Shown one piece after another: positions 52,509 through 61,731 of a DNA stretch of 64,000 nt (positions are counted from its first letter, which is position 1; every line of letters starts with the position of its first letter). Below the pieces are notes generated by a model, which was given only the letters and a program-made list of their open reading frames with translations, did no database searches and was not told where the DNA came from. The stretch comes from an uncultured Alphaproteobacteria bacterium (GTDB lineage Bacteria > Pseudomonadota > Alphaproteobacteria > Rhizobiales > Rhizobiaceae). A program made the position numbers and the translations under genes. Location: assembly GCA_963829135.1 (NCBI GenBank), contig CAWHHO010000006.1, positions 47,984-111,983 on the forward strand, in the 5' to 3' direction.

Positions 52509-52566
52509 TTTACCAATCGGTTGACAATCGCGTCTCGAGAGGCGATAGTAAACCTATTGGTTGAAT
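52509..52566. promoter_or_regulatory. Two ACC-N4-GGTTGA imperfect palindromes overlapping a TTGACA -35 box
   Basis: TTTACCAATCGGTTGACA and TAAACCTATTGGTTGAA upstream of the SRPBCC gene. Confidence 0.45.
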
Positions 52567-52595
52567 ATTGTAACCGCTCGAGAAGGAGACGAACG

Positions 52596-53135
52596 ATGAA
52601 CGCTCATACCTTGCCTGCAAGCGACTACGTGCAAAAAATTTCACCGGAAATGGTGCGGGTCGAGCGCCTGTTGCCGGCCAATGTGGATCGCGTCTGGGAA
52701 TACATAACCCGCTCCGACAAGCGGTCACAATGGCTCGCCGCCGGCGAAATGGAATTGAAGCTTGGCGGGCGGGTAGAGCACGTCTTTCGCAACAGCCAGT
52801 TGACGACCAACGACGACCCGGCTCCCGAAAAATACAAATCGCTGACAGGGGAGTTTCGAATGATTGGTGAAATTACCGAGTACGAACCAATGCGCCTGCT
52901 CGCATATTCTTGGGACGATGATTTAGAGGTACGCTATGAACTGACCCCGGTTGGCGAACAAACGCGATTGGTTGTGACGCACAGCAGGCTGAGGTCGCGC
53001 GGCGGCTTGATAGGCTTCTCCGCGGGCTGGCATACCCATCTGGACATCCTCGCCGACCGCCTGGCTGGCAAGGAGCCCAAAGGCTTCTGGCGCACGCATA
53101 CGCAGCTTGAATCGGAATACGAAGCCCGGTTCTGA
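52596..53135 (+). CDS. SRPBCC/AHSA1 family protein
   Basis: ERLLPA.VDRVWEYIT, GEITEYEP.RLLAYSW, AGWHTHLD.L; AAGGAG RBS. Confidence 0.9.
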   Translation: MNAHTLPASDYVQKISPEMVRVERLLPANVDRVWEYITRSDKRSQWLAAGEMELKLGGRVEHVFRNSQLTTNDDPAPEKYKSLTGEFRMIGEITEYEPMRLLAYSWDDDLEVRYELTPVGEQTRLVVTHSRLRSRGGLIGFSAGWHTHLDILADRLAGKEPKGFWRTHTQLESEYEARF

Positions 53136-53167
53136 GGCTGGCAAATCGAACGCGCGAGGTGGCGCTC

Positions 53168-53812
53168 CTATTCGGCCGGCCGTCTGCCGGCCGGAAGCGA
53201 TGACACGTTGCGCATCTTTTCAATCGCGGCAAATCGCTTAAGGAAAGCCGCCTGCGCGGCTTTTGCCGATCTACTGGCAAGGTCGAGCCGATCGGCGGAG
53301 ATGCCGTTGGGACGTCCGAAGTAACGCGCAGCCTCGGTGGTGGCGAACCCGGCAAGGACCGTCGCCTCGAAATACGCCGCCACATGATCGGCAAGCTTGA
53401 TCGCCTTATGCGTTTTCTCGTCTAGCTTCGGCGGTAGGGAGAACCGCAAATGGATGGCGCGTTGCAGTCGCTCCTCCACCGCCTTGTAGTCTCCGCCGAC
53501 AACCGATTTGAACGGCGAGATCATATCGCCGATCACATATTCCGGTCCGTCATGCAGGAGCGCAGCGAGCCGTTGGTCCGGCGATGCGCCGGGCACTTGA
53601 AGGCCGAAGATCGACTCGACGAGCAATGAGTGCTGGGCAACGGAGAAGGCATGATCACCTTCAGTCTGGCCGTTCCAGCGGGCGACGCGGGCGAGGCCCT
53701 GCGCAATGTCGTTTATCTCAATGTCGAGCGGCGAGGGGTCGAGCAGATCGAGTCGCCGGCCTGAGAGCATCCGTTGCCAGGCGCGCGCCGGCGCTCCCGT
53801 TCGATCCGTCAT
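53168..53812 (-). CDS. HD-family hydrolase (YfbR-like 5'-deoxynucleotidase)
   Basis: RAWQRMLSGRRLDLLDP, RWNGQT, SVAQH, LLHD.PEY..GD. Confidence 0.9.
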   Translation of the reverse strand: MTDRTGAPARAWQRMLSGRRLDLLDPSPLDIEINDIAQGLARVARWNGQTEGDHAFSVAQHSLLVESIFGLQVPGASPDQRLAALLHDGPEYVIGDMISPFKSVVGGDYKAVEERLQRAIHLRFSLPPKLDEKTHKAIKLADHVAAYFEATVLAGFATTEAARYFGRPNGISADRLDLASRSAKAAQAAFLKRFAAIEKMRNVSSLPAGRRPAE

Positions 53813-54684
53813 CAGGCGTCCTCGGCCTGTGAATCCTGCGGAAACGTGAACTTCGCCCAGGATGGAATCGCAAGCGTCAACCTTGCGCCGCCGGCGGTAA
53901 TCGGCGCCCGCACGTCCATTGCCGCCTTGACCTTATCGATGCGCACCAGCGCCAGTGCCTGCTGGCCGGCTGCCGAGCCAAGCGAACCGATCGAACGCCC
54001 CGTTGCGAACACTTCTGTGCCGGGCGGCGGCAGGGCTCCCAGTGAAGTGGCGATCAGCACGCGCCGCCTTGCCGTCCCGCGGTGCTGCATGCGCGAAACC
54101 ACTTCCTGACCGACATAGCACCCCTTCTTGAAGCCGACGCCGCCCATTTGGTCGAGCAGAACATCGTGCGGGAATGCATCGCCCAGCGCGTAGTCGTCAC
54201 CGCTCTCGGCGATAGCGTTGGCAATTCGGAAGGCGTGCCACGCCGCGCCGTCGCCGCCATCGCCTTGCGTGGTGGAATAGCTGCGCCAAACCGGTACTGT
54301 TTCGGGGAAGCGCCGGTCGCGTAACGCAGCCGCTGACGGTGAATCTGTTTGTGAGGAGGCGGAATCATCCTGCCAGGAAACCTGCACTACTATCTGATCG
54401 CGCTGCGTAATTTCAGCCTTGGCACGCAGGCGGTAGAGCATCAGCCGGCGCACGAGATCGCCGGCAATGTCAGCGCGGCAGTCGATCAGCAGGGTATCGG
54501 AGCCGGTTCGCGAGATCAGGAAATCGAACAGGATCTTGCCTTGCGGCGATAACAATGCGCCCGGTTTGGCCTCACCGAGCCCGAGCAGGTCAAGATCGGT
54601 GGTGACAATGTTCTGCAGCAAATGCTCCGCCTCCGGTCCGGAGACGGACACAAGGGCTCGGTCTGTGAGGAACGCGGTGGGCAT
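53812..54684 (-). CDS. ygfZ: Folate-binding Fe-S cluster repair protein
   Basis: KGCYVGQE signature, LLSPQGKILFDF. Confidence 0.93.
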   Translation of the reverse strand: MPTAFLTDRALVSVSGPEAEHLLQNIVTTDLDLLGLGEAKPGALLSPQGKILFDFLISRTGSDTLLIDCRADIAGDLVRRLMLYRLRAKAEITQRDQIVVQVSWQDDSASSQTDSPSAAALRDRRFPETVPVWRSYSTTQGDGGDGAAWHAFRIANAIAESGDDYALGDAFPHDVLLDQMGGVGFKKGCYVGQEVVSRMQHRGTARRRVLIATSLGALPPPGTEVFATGRSIGSLGSAAGQQALALVRIDKVKAAMDVRAPITAGGARLTLAIPSWAKFTFPQDSQAEDA

Positions 54685-54762
54685 CGGCGATTCTGGCAAC
54701 TTGCAATCGGCAGGGCCATTACGTAAGCCGCCAGGGACGTGCGGGCAAGGGCGGCTGACGAA

Positions 54763-56091
54763 ATGGCGACGACTTACGATCTGATCCTGACAGGCGGCAC
54801 GGTTGTCAACCACGACGGCACCGGACGACGTGATGTCGGCGTTACTGGCGGGCGCATCGTGGCGATCGGCGACCTTTCTCAGGCGTCTGCCGGGGAGCGC
54901 GTCAACTGCGCCGGCCTGCACATCCTGCCCGGCGTGGTCGACAGTCAGGTCCATTTCCGTGAGCCTGGGCTTGAGCACAAGGAGGACCTCGAGTTGGGCT
55001 CGCGTTCAGCGGTTCTCGGAGGCGTCACGGCTGTTTTCGAAATGCCGAACACCAATCCGCTGACGACCAGCGAGCAGACGCTTGCCGACAAGGTGGCGCG
55101 CGCCACGAACCGCATGCATTGCGACTTCGCCTTCTGGGTCGGCGGCACCCGCGACAATGCAAAAGACGTCGGCGAACTCGAACGGCTACCCGGTGCGGCT
55201 GGCATAAAGGTATTCATGGGGTCTTCGACCGGCGATCTTCTGGTCGAGGACGATGGTGGCGTGTACTCCATCCTGAAGAACACGCGCCGACGCGCCGCCT
55301 TCCATTCGGAGGATGAGTTTCGGTTGCGAGAGCGTGCCGGGCTGAAGGTGCAAGGCGATCCGTCCTCGCATCCGGTGTGGCGGGACGAGATCGCTGCGCT
55401 GAAATGCACCGAGCGCCTGGTATCCATTGCCAGGCGGGCTAGGGCTCGCATCCATGTGCTGCATATCTCGACTGCTGAGGAGATCGCTTTCCTGCGCGGT
55501 CATAAGGACGTCGCAACCTGCGAGGCGACGCCGCATCATTTGACGCTGACCGCCGAGGACTATGCACGGCTGGGAACGCTTATCCAGATGAACCCGCCAG
55601 TGCGGGAACGCCGTCACCGCGACGGTATTTGGCTGGGTATCTCCGACGGCGTGGTCGACGTCCTCGGTTCCGATCATGCACCGCACACGCTGGAGGAAAA
55701 GGCCAGGCCCTATCCGGCCTCGCCGTCCGGCATGACCGGCGTGCAGACGCTGGTGCCGATCATGCTTGACCATGTAAACGCCGGCCGGCTGACGCTCGAA
55801 CGCTTCGTCGACCTGACCAGCCACGGCCCGAACCGTCTTTTCGGCATGGCCGGAAAGGGCCGCATTGCCGCCGGCTACGACGCCGATCTCACCATCGTCG
55901 ACCTTAAGCGCGTTGAGACAATCACCAATGCGCAGGTCGGCTCCAAGGCTGGCTGGACACCCTATCACGGCAGGCAGGTAACGGGCTGGCCGGTTGGCAC
56001 CTTCGTACGCGGCATGCGGGTGATGTGGGAAGGCGAGATCGTTACGCCGGGCGCGGGCCAGCCCGTGCGGTTTTCGGAAACGCTGCGGTGA
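54763..56091 (+). CDS. pyrC: Dihydroorotase
   Basis: QVHFREPG, FEMPNT, KVFMGSSTG, MNPP, GSDHAPH. Confidence 0.9.
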   Translation: MATTYDLILTGGTVVNHDGTGRRDVGVTGGRIVAIGDLSQASAGERVNCAGLHILPGVVDSQVHFREPGLEHKEDLELGSRSAVLGGVTAVFEMPNTNPLTTSEQTLADKVARATNRMHCDFAFWVGGTRDNAKDVGELERLPGAAGIKVFMGSSTGDLLVEDDGGVYSILKNTRRRAAFHSEDEFRLRERAGLKVQGDPSSHPVWRDEIAALKCTERLVSIARRARARIHVLHISTAEEIAFLRGHKDVATCEATPHHLTLTAEDYARLGTLIQMNPPVRERRHRDGIWLGISDGVVDVLGSDHAPHTLEEKARPYPASPSGMTGVQTLVPIMLDHVNAGRLTLERFVDLTSHGPNRLFGMAGKGRIAAGYDADLTIVDLKRVETITNAQVGSKAGWTPYHGRQVTGWPVGTFVRGMRVMWEGEIVTPGAGQPVRFSETLR

Positions 56092-56130
56092 AATGCGCTT
56101 TCTCCCCGTTTACGGGGGAGGAAAGAACCC

Positions 56131-56946
56131 TCATTCCCCCGCGACGAAGAACGCCCATTTACCCTGAGGCGTTATGCCGACTCGGTAGAAAATATACGAC
56201 CCGTAGGTCTTCATTTCCTCGTAGTCGCCGGCGGTAACGATCTTGAAGAGTTCGACGCGCTGCGGTCCCGTCAGCTTGTCGATCGGCACGGCAAAGAAAT
56301 ACGGCCAGACGTAAAGCTCTTCCGACGTACCGACGTCGAGATGTACGTAGCCGGCAGACAGGACTTCCTCGAGTATCGCAAGAATCTCCTGCCCGTCCTC
56401 ATCGCCGGCAAGGCTCTTCAAATAGTCGATCGGGTCGCCATCGATACCCGCCAGCGAAAGCTGGGTCTGGTCATCGCCCAAACCGATCAGCGGCCGCAGC
56501 TTCTGGATATCGCCACTCTTGGACACGGCGAGCAACTGGTCGCGCAGCGCGCTTACAGCGGCAGGCAGCTTTGAAGTATCGTACTGCACTTCTGGGATGG
56601 GTTCATTCGGATCAATCTGCTGCTGGGCATTCTCGTCGTCGGGTTCCGCATCATTGGGCGATGTCGTGTCCCTGTCCGGCACATCCTCGTCGCCTGGCTC
56701 CGTAACTTCGCCGGGGGCGGCAGGATCCGTCTCCGGCTGCACTTCGGCGGGAGGCATCGTAGCGTCAGGCGCCGGAACCGTTGTTTCGCTGCCGTCACCC
56801 GGCGGCGTCGTCTGCGCCGGCGCCGGAAGATCTTCGCGCTTGATCTCGCTGAGCGCTGTCGCCGGCTGAACGATCAAGGATCCCGCCAGGGCGGTGCCGA
56901 GGCATAATGCAGCGATTCGAATCAACGAGGAAAAACGGGAGCTCAT
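56131..56946 (-). CDS. Conserved exported hypothetical protein
   Basis: Signal peptide, acidic Pro-rich linker, YVWPYF and YRVGI..GKW.FFVAG. Confidence 0.8.
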   Translation of the reverse strand: MSSRFSSLIRIAALCLGTALAGSLIVQPATALSEIKREDLPAPAQTTPPGDGSETTVPAPDATMPPAEVQPETDPAAPGEVTEPGDEDVPDRDTTSPNDAEPDDENAQQQIDPNEPIPEVQYDTSKLPAAVSALRDQLLAVSKSGDIQKLRPLIGLGDDQTQLSLAGIDGDPIDYLKSLAGDEDGQEILAILEEVLSAGYVHLDVGTSEELYVWPYFFAVPIDKLTGPQRVELFKIVTAGDYEEMKTYGSYIFYRVGITPQGKWAFFVAGE

Positions 56947-57066
56947 CGCAGAGCACCTTCTCGCAGTCGACTTAACGCTCATCTTAAGATCTCCGGGCGA
57001 CACCGCGCCGCGATACCGGTAAGCTCGGAGCATGCATAGCACGGATTGAGGACTTTTCGGGACAAC

Positions 57067-57330
57067 TCAATGTCGCGATTGAGAAGTCGCGAAATCTCCG
57101 GCCATGATTCGCTCGCGCATGCGGTCGATCAGCGACATTGCGGCAGGTTCGCCGTTGCTGCGAAACAACTCCCCGATCGCGGTGGTGAGCGCGGCTTCGG
57201 CGATGATTTCCGCCTCGATACCGGCCGAAAGACCCTCTGCCCAGGCCTCATTGTGGCACTCGACAGCGGTCAGGCGCTTCTCCTCGCGAACCAGCGCGTC
57301 GATATCACTCGTATTGTGCTCGATACCCAC
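57067..57330 (-). CDS. Conserved small hypothetical protein
   Basis: EAWAEG.SAGIE.EIIA pattern; AAGG RBS with GTG start. Confidence 0.75.
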   Translation of the reverse strand: MGIEHNTSDIDALVREEKRLTAVECHNEAWAEGLSAGIEAEIIAEAALTTAIGELFRSNGEPAAMSLIDRMRERIMAGDFATSQSRH

Positions 57331-57388
57331 ATCGCACCTTTCAAGTCAAATGAACCATCGCCGCGGTCGGCCAAATTGATTTAAATTC

Positions 57389-57403
57389 TTAATCTCCCAT
57401 TAA
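57389..57403. promoter_or_regulatory. CtrA-type box TTAA-N7-TTAA
   Basis: TTAATCTCCCATTAA ~60 nt upstream of the 57330 start. Confidence 0.5.
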
Positions 57404-57463
57404 GCCTTCTATCACATCCGTCCCGCACTGCACGCGCACAATGCTGGAAAAGTTAATGGCGCG

Positions 57464-57838
57464 CTAATTTCCGAAACGCACTGCGATTTCCTTCGAAAGC
57501 TGCTCGCCTTCCTTGATGTAGCGGCTGATGGCTTCGGTCGCCGAGGCGGTGCAAGTGGTGTAATTCGCCTCGAAAGAACGATATCCGCGATTGAAGTTGG
57601 CGATAAACTGCGCCCGTCGTTCAGCGCTGGGATTTTCGCTGGCAAGCAGCTTCTCCATCTCGCCCCGCCATTTGTCGCCCTTGTCACCGCAAAGGTTGCG
57701 CAGGAAATGCAGGGAACCGAGAATTTCGGCGAGACGCAGCAAGCCGGGCTCGTATGGTCCCTCGACCGCTCGGCCCGGCACGGCGGCCATGCTGAGCAGC
57801 GCCGTCAGGATCGTTGCGGCTATTCGTTTTCGCTCCAT
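57464..57838 (-). CDS. TIGR02301 family protein
   Basis: LLRLAEILGSLHFLRNLC, FNRGYRSF. Confidence 0.88.
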   Translation of the reverse strand: MERKRIAATILTALLSMAAVPGRAVEGPYEPGLLRLAEILGSLHFLRNLCGDKGDKWRGEMEKLLASENPSAERRAQFIANFNRGYRSFEANYTTCTASATEAISRYIKEGEQLSKEIAVRFGN

Positions 57839-57856
57839 GGCGTGAGGGTTGGCGGA

Positions 57857-58291
57857 TCATTTTGACGAACGCAAGGCATTGTTGGGTGGGGCAAGCAATT
57901 GCTCTGCAATCGCCTCGATCGATCCGGTCAGCGGCAGTTGCCGCAGTTCATCCAGCGTGACGAACGCCGCTTCCTCGGCATCGTCGGCGCTGACCGGTTC
58001 GCCCCCGACATACGCCCCCGAAAATACCTGCAGCAGGTAGCGCGTCGGCGCATCACCCTTTGCCGCCTCGATCACCAGCGCCACCACCGGCGCCAATGGA
58101 CCCGCCTGAAGTCCCGTTTCCTCGAACAGTTCGCGTCGTGCGGCAGCTTCCAGCGTTTCGCCCGGCTCGACACGTCCCCCTGGAAAAGCATAGAGCCCGC
58201 GTGACGGCGGCCGGCCTCGCTTCACCAGCAGCACGCGGTCGCCGCGTAGCAGTGCGACCGAGACAGCGGGAACAGGCGGTGTTTCCATCAT
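57857..58291 (-). CDS. NUDIX hydrolase
   Basis: Nudix box GG.VE.GET...AARREL.EETGL. Confidence 0.93.
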   Translation of the reverse strand: MMETPPVPAVSVALLRGDRVLLVKRGRPPSRGLYAFPGGRVEPGETLEAAARRELFEETGLQAGPLAPVVALVIEAAKGDAPTRYLLQVFSGAYVGGEPVSADDAEEAAFVTLDELRQLPLTGSIEAIAEQLLAPPNNALRSSK

Positions 58292-58343
58292 GAACTCTTG
58301 GTTCGGACGCTTGCGGCAGAGAGTGCGGCATCACCACAGTAAG

Positions 58344-58403
58344 GCATGATCTCGAATGGTTGCAGGCTTTTCGGAAAAGATCATGCGACAAGACATAGAG
58401 TTA
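58344..58403. repeat. Degenerate Rhizobiales intergenic palindromic repeat (Bru-RS-like half unit)
   Basis: GCATGATCTCGAA...TTCGGAAAAGATCATGC hairpin followed by GACAAGACATAGAGTTA. Confidence 0.5.
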
Positions 58404-58468
58404 ATCCGGCTTGCCGCGTTCGCAGCATGGCGCCGCGATCTGCCAGACCGATCAATAAGGAAGGCGCG

Positions 58469-59224
58469 ATGTGCAAACGATTCACGTTGATGGCAGATTG
58501 GGAGACGGTCTACGCCTTCCTGTCGGTCACGAATGATGAGCCGTTTCCGCCGCGATACAACATTGCGCCAACGCAGCCGATCCTCATGACGATTGCTGCA
58601 GAGGGGAGAGAGCCCGGTTCCAATCTGCCGGATCGCCGCGCGCTTCTGGTTCGGTGGGGCTTTATTCCCGCCTGGGCGAAAGATCCAAAAAACCTGCCGC
58701 TGTTCTTCAATGCCCGGTCCGAAACCGCAATGGAGATGAACAGTTTCAAGGCGGCGTTCCGTCATCGCCGTGCGTTGATCCCGGCAAGCGGATTCTATGA
58801 ATGGAAAACCGTCGGCAAGACCAAACAGCCCTATTTCATAAGGCCGCGCCATGGTGGCTTGATCGCATTTGCGGGTCTGATGGAAACCTACGCAAACCCC
58901 AACGGCTCGGAGGTCGATACCGGCGCAATCCTAACAACAGCGGCAAGCGCCGACATTGCGCCAATTCACGATCGCATGCCGGTTGTGATTCAGCCTGAGC
59001 ACTTCTCACGCTGGCTTGATTGCCGGCGTCAGGAGCCCCACGACGTCGCCGACCTGCTGCGGCCTGCGGAACCGGGGTTCTTCGAGGCGCTGCCGATTTC
59101 CGATCTGGTCAACACGGTCACGAACACCGGCCCGGAAATCCAGGCACGCGTGCCGCTGCAACCGCAGAAAAACTCCCAAGCCAAAGCGAAGGCCAGGGAT
59201 GACGATCAACTGAGCCTGCTTTAG
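58469..59224 (+). CDS. SOS response-associated peptidase (SRAP/YedK)
   Basis: MC.RF start, RYNIAPTQ, NARSET, GFYEW, IHDRMPV. Confidence 0.93.
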   Translation: MCKRFTLMADWETVYAFLSVTNDEPFPPRYNIAPTQPILMTIAAEGREPGSNLPDRRALLVRWGFIPAWAKDPKNLPLFFNARSETAMEMNSFKAAFRHRRALIPASGFYEWKTVGKTKQPYFIRPRHGGLIAFAGLMETYANPNGSEVDTGAILTTAASADIAPIHDRMPVVIQPEHFSRWLDCRRQEPHDVADLLRPAEPGFFEALPISDLVNTVTNTGPEIQARVPLQPQKNSQAKAKARDDDQLSLL

Positions 59225-59382
59225 CCGTTCCGTTTTAGACGAACGCCAACAAACCTCAGCGCGCCGCACGCTGCCTGTCAAACCAAACTTGAGTGTCAGG
59301 CGCGACCCGCTTGAGCCAGGGGCTCAAAAGTCGGATCGCCGGTGCGCTCCACCCTTCCGGCAGGAGCGCCGTCCACCGTTAT

Positions 59383-59538
59383 TCAGGCCTTGGCCGGTAG
59401 AGCAGCCGTCTGCGACCGCTTGTTTTTCAGGGCCGCGACGGCCGCCGCGATGGCGGCAGGGCCGATCGCGCGATAGTGCTTCACCAGGTTGGCGTTTTGA
59501 GCCCGCGCTCGGTCCGCGTCGCTCTTGAGGATAGACAT
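59383..59538 (-). CDS. Small hypothetical protein
   Basis: AAGGGA RBS; LVKHYRAIGPAAIAAA. Confidence 0.6.
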   Translation of the reverse strand: MSILKSDADRARAQNANLVKHYRAIGPAAIAAAVAALKNKRSQTAALPAKA

Positions 59539-59860
59539 TGTACTTCCCTTGGTCATTGCGTGGTGTTGTATCAAATGTGAATCGAATTAGACGAATCCGT
59601 GACACAACACCGACATATTCCGACAACTCTGATATTTATGTATAGACATGATTAACGAAAGCTTGCCGGTGTGGCTTTCTAATCACTGCCGAGGCGGCTG
59701 GCGTGTTCGATGCCTCTGCCCTCGCATCAATCAATAGCCTGAAAATGCAACGAAAGAGTGCTGTGAAAACGGCATTGTTGTAACATTTCACCAACATGTG
59801 TCGCATATCGCGAGGTTGGGCTTGACGCGACTCCTTGTGTTGGCGTGATAAGTTCGGCCC

Positions 59861-59905
59861 ATGAAAACGACTTTTGCCATTTGCGGCATTTGCATTATCG
59901 GCTAG
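59861..59905 (+). CDS. Putative cysS leader peptide MKTTFAICGICIIG
   Basis: 14-codon ORF with two TGC Cys codons, directly after a CTTGAC..GATAAG promoter-like sequence and 115 nt before cysS. Confidence 0.6.
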   Translation: MKTTFAICGICIIG

Positions 59906-59913
59906 CGCTTCAC

Positions 59914-60020
59914 GCTGGTCCGGTCGTTTTCGCTCTTTTCTCCCCCGACACGAAAACCGTCCCGGCCAGCAGGCTGGAGTCTGCCATTCGCGGCTCCATT
60001 AAAATCGACCGGGAACGACG
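59914..60020 (+). promoter_or_regulatory. Alternative-pairing leader RNA (candidate attenuator) of cysS
   Basis: Segment 59914-59932 is complementary to 59863-59871, to 59951-59970 and to 60001-60019. Confidence 0.55.
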
Positions 60021-61554
60021 ATGACGGACGTGAAACTGCGACTGACCAACACGCTGACCAGGACGAAGGAGGAATTCGCTCCGATCGATCCTAAGAATGT
60101 CCGCATGTATGTCTGCGGTCCGACCGTTTATGACTTCGCGCATATCGGCAATGCGCGGCCGGTCATCGTCTTCGACGTGCTGTTCCGGCTGCTGCGCCAC
60201 CTCTACGGGGAGGATCACGTCACCTATGTCCGCAACATCACGGATGTCGACGACAAGATCAACGATCGGGCGCTGCGCGACTTCGGCCAGGAGATTGCCG
60301 ATGGCTCGCTGTCGCTCAACGAGGCGATCCGCCGCGTTACCGAAAAGACCGCCAACCAGTTTCATGACGATGTGAAGGCGCTGGGCTGCCTGAAGCCGAC
60401 GCATGAGCCGCGCGCAACGGAGTTCGTGCTGCCCGCTGAGGGCAAGAAGTCCGACATGGTAACCCTGATCCAGCGGCTGCTTGACCGAAAGCATGCATAT
60501 CATGCAGCCGGCGAGATCCTCTTCGACACGAAATCGATGGACGACTATGGCCAGTTGTCGAAGCGCAATCTTGACGAGCAGCAGGCCGGCGCGCGCGTAG
60601 CCGTCGACGCACACAAGAAGAACCCTGCGGACTTTGTGCTGTGGAAAGAATCTTCCGCGGATGAACCCGGATGGGATGGTCGATTCCGAACTGAAGCAGG
60701 TGACGTGGCCATCCGCGGCCGGCCCGGCTGGCACATCGAGTGCTCGGCAATGTCGGCTGCCTATCTCGGCGAGGTGTTCGACATTCACGGCGGCGGGCTG
60801 GACCTGATCTTCCCGCACCATGAGAACGAGATCGCGCAATCGCGCTGCGCCCACGGCACGGATGTGATGGCCAACTACTGGCTGCACAACGGCTTCTTGC
60901 AGGTCGAAGGCCGCAAGATGTCGAAGAGCGAGGGTAATTTCATCACCATCCACGATTTGCTGCATACCGAGAAATTTGGGGGACGGAGCTGGCCGGGCGA
61001 AGTGCTAAGGCTGGCGATGTTCATGACGCATTATCGGGAGCCGATCGATTTCAGTGTGCGGCGATTGCAGGAGGCCGGAGAAGATTCCTGTCGTAAATGG
61101 TCAACGCGGGCTTTCGGACACGACAGACAGGATGACTTTGAACCAGACTATCGGAGCCAACAAGGCTCTAAATGGATGACCTTCACACGCCAGCGTTTAC
61201 TGCGATGACTTGAATCGCTGGAACAGATGCAAACACATGGACATCGCTCGACAGGTGAGCGTTCACTAAGACTTGGACCGAAATAGGCAACGAGAGTTTG
61301 GACCACGATCGTCGACTTTCAGAGTTCAGGCAGTCGTTGAACTGATGGGAACTCACGGTCGAGCGGATCGCTCGGATCTGCAAGATCAGCGACATAAAGA
61401 TAACTGTTCCGAGCGCCTCGCCCTCATCGCCGCCAAAAACTGGGCCGAAGCCGACCGCATCCGCGATGAGCTTCTGGCGCAGGGAATTCAGCTGAAGGAC
61501 GGCAAGGACCCCGCCACCGGCGAACGCATCACCACCTGGGAGGTGAAGCGGTGA
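60021..61554 (+). CDS. cysS: Cysteine--tRNA ligase; 61075-61410 is scrambled by indels
   Basis: [32 protein letters not shown] remnant, [14 protein letters not shown]-terminus. Confidence 0.95.
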
Positions 61555-61571
61555 GGGCGCTGATGCCAATC

Positions 61572-61723
61572 ACCCCTCTCTGCCCTGCCGGGCATCTCCC
61601 CCTCGGGGGAGATCACTTGTCGCGGAGGATTTCGCCAATCTCCAACGTTGCAGTGCCAGGGCTGCGTTGCGGCCGTCCGCATCTCCCCCTTTGAGGGGGA
61701 GATGCCCGGAGGGCAAGAGGGGT
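61572..61723. repeat. ~150 bp palindromic REP/RIME-like element
   Basis: CCCCTCTCTGCCCTGCCGGGCATCTCCCCCT is nearly the reverse complement of AGGGGGAGATGCCCGGAGGGCAAGAGGGG; each arm has an ATCTCCCCC..GGGGGAGAT hairpin. Confidence 0.85.
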
Positions 61724-61731
61724 TGCTCGCG

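Noticed and set aside
58292-58468. LexA box upstream of the SRAP gene
   Set aside because: No clear alphaproteobacterial GTTC-N7-GTTC direct repeat found
59821-60020. T-box riboswitch for cysS
   Set aside because: No T-box consensus or stem I motifs and no intrinsic terminator; the leader-peptide model fits better
61075-61410. Intron, intein or DGR variable region in cysS
   Set aside because: No splice or intein motifs, no reverse transcriptase or template repeat in the window; a native CysRS motif persists inside the segment
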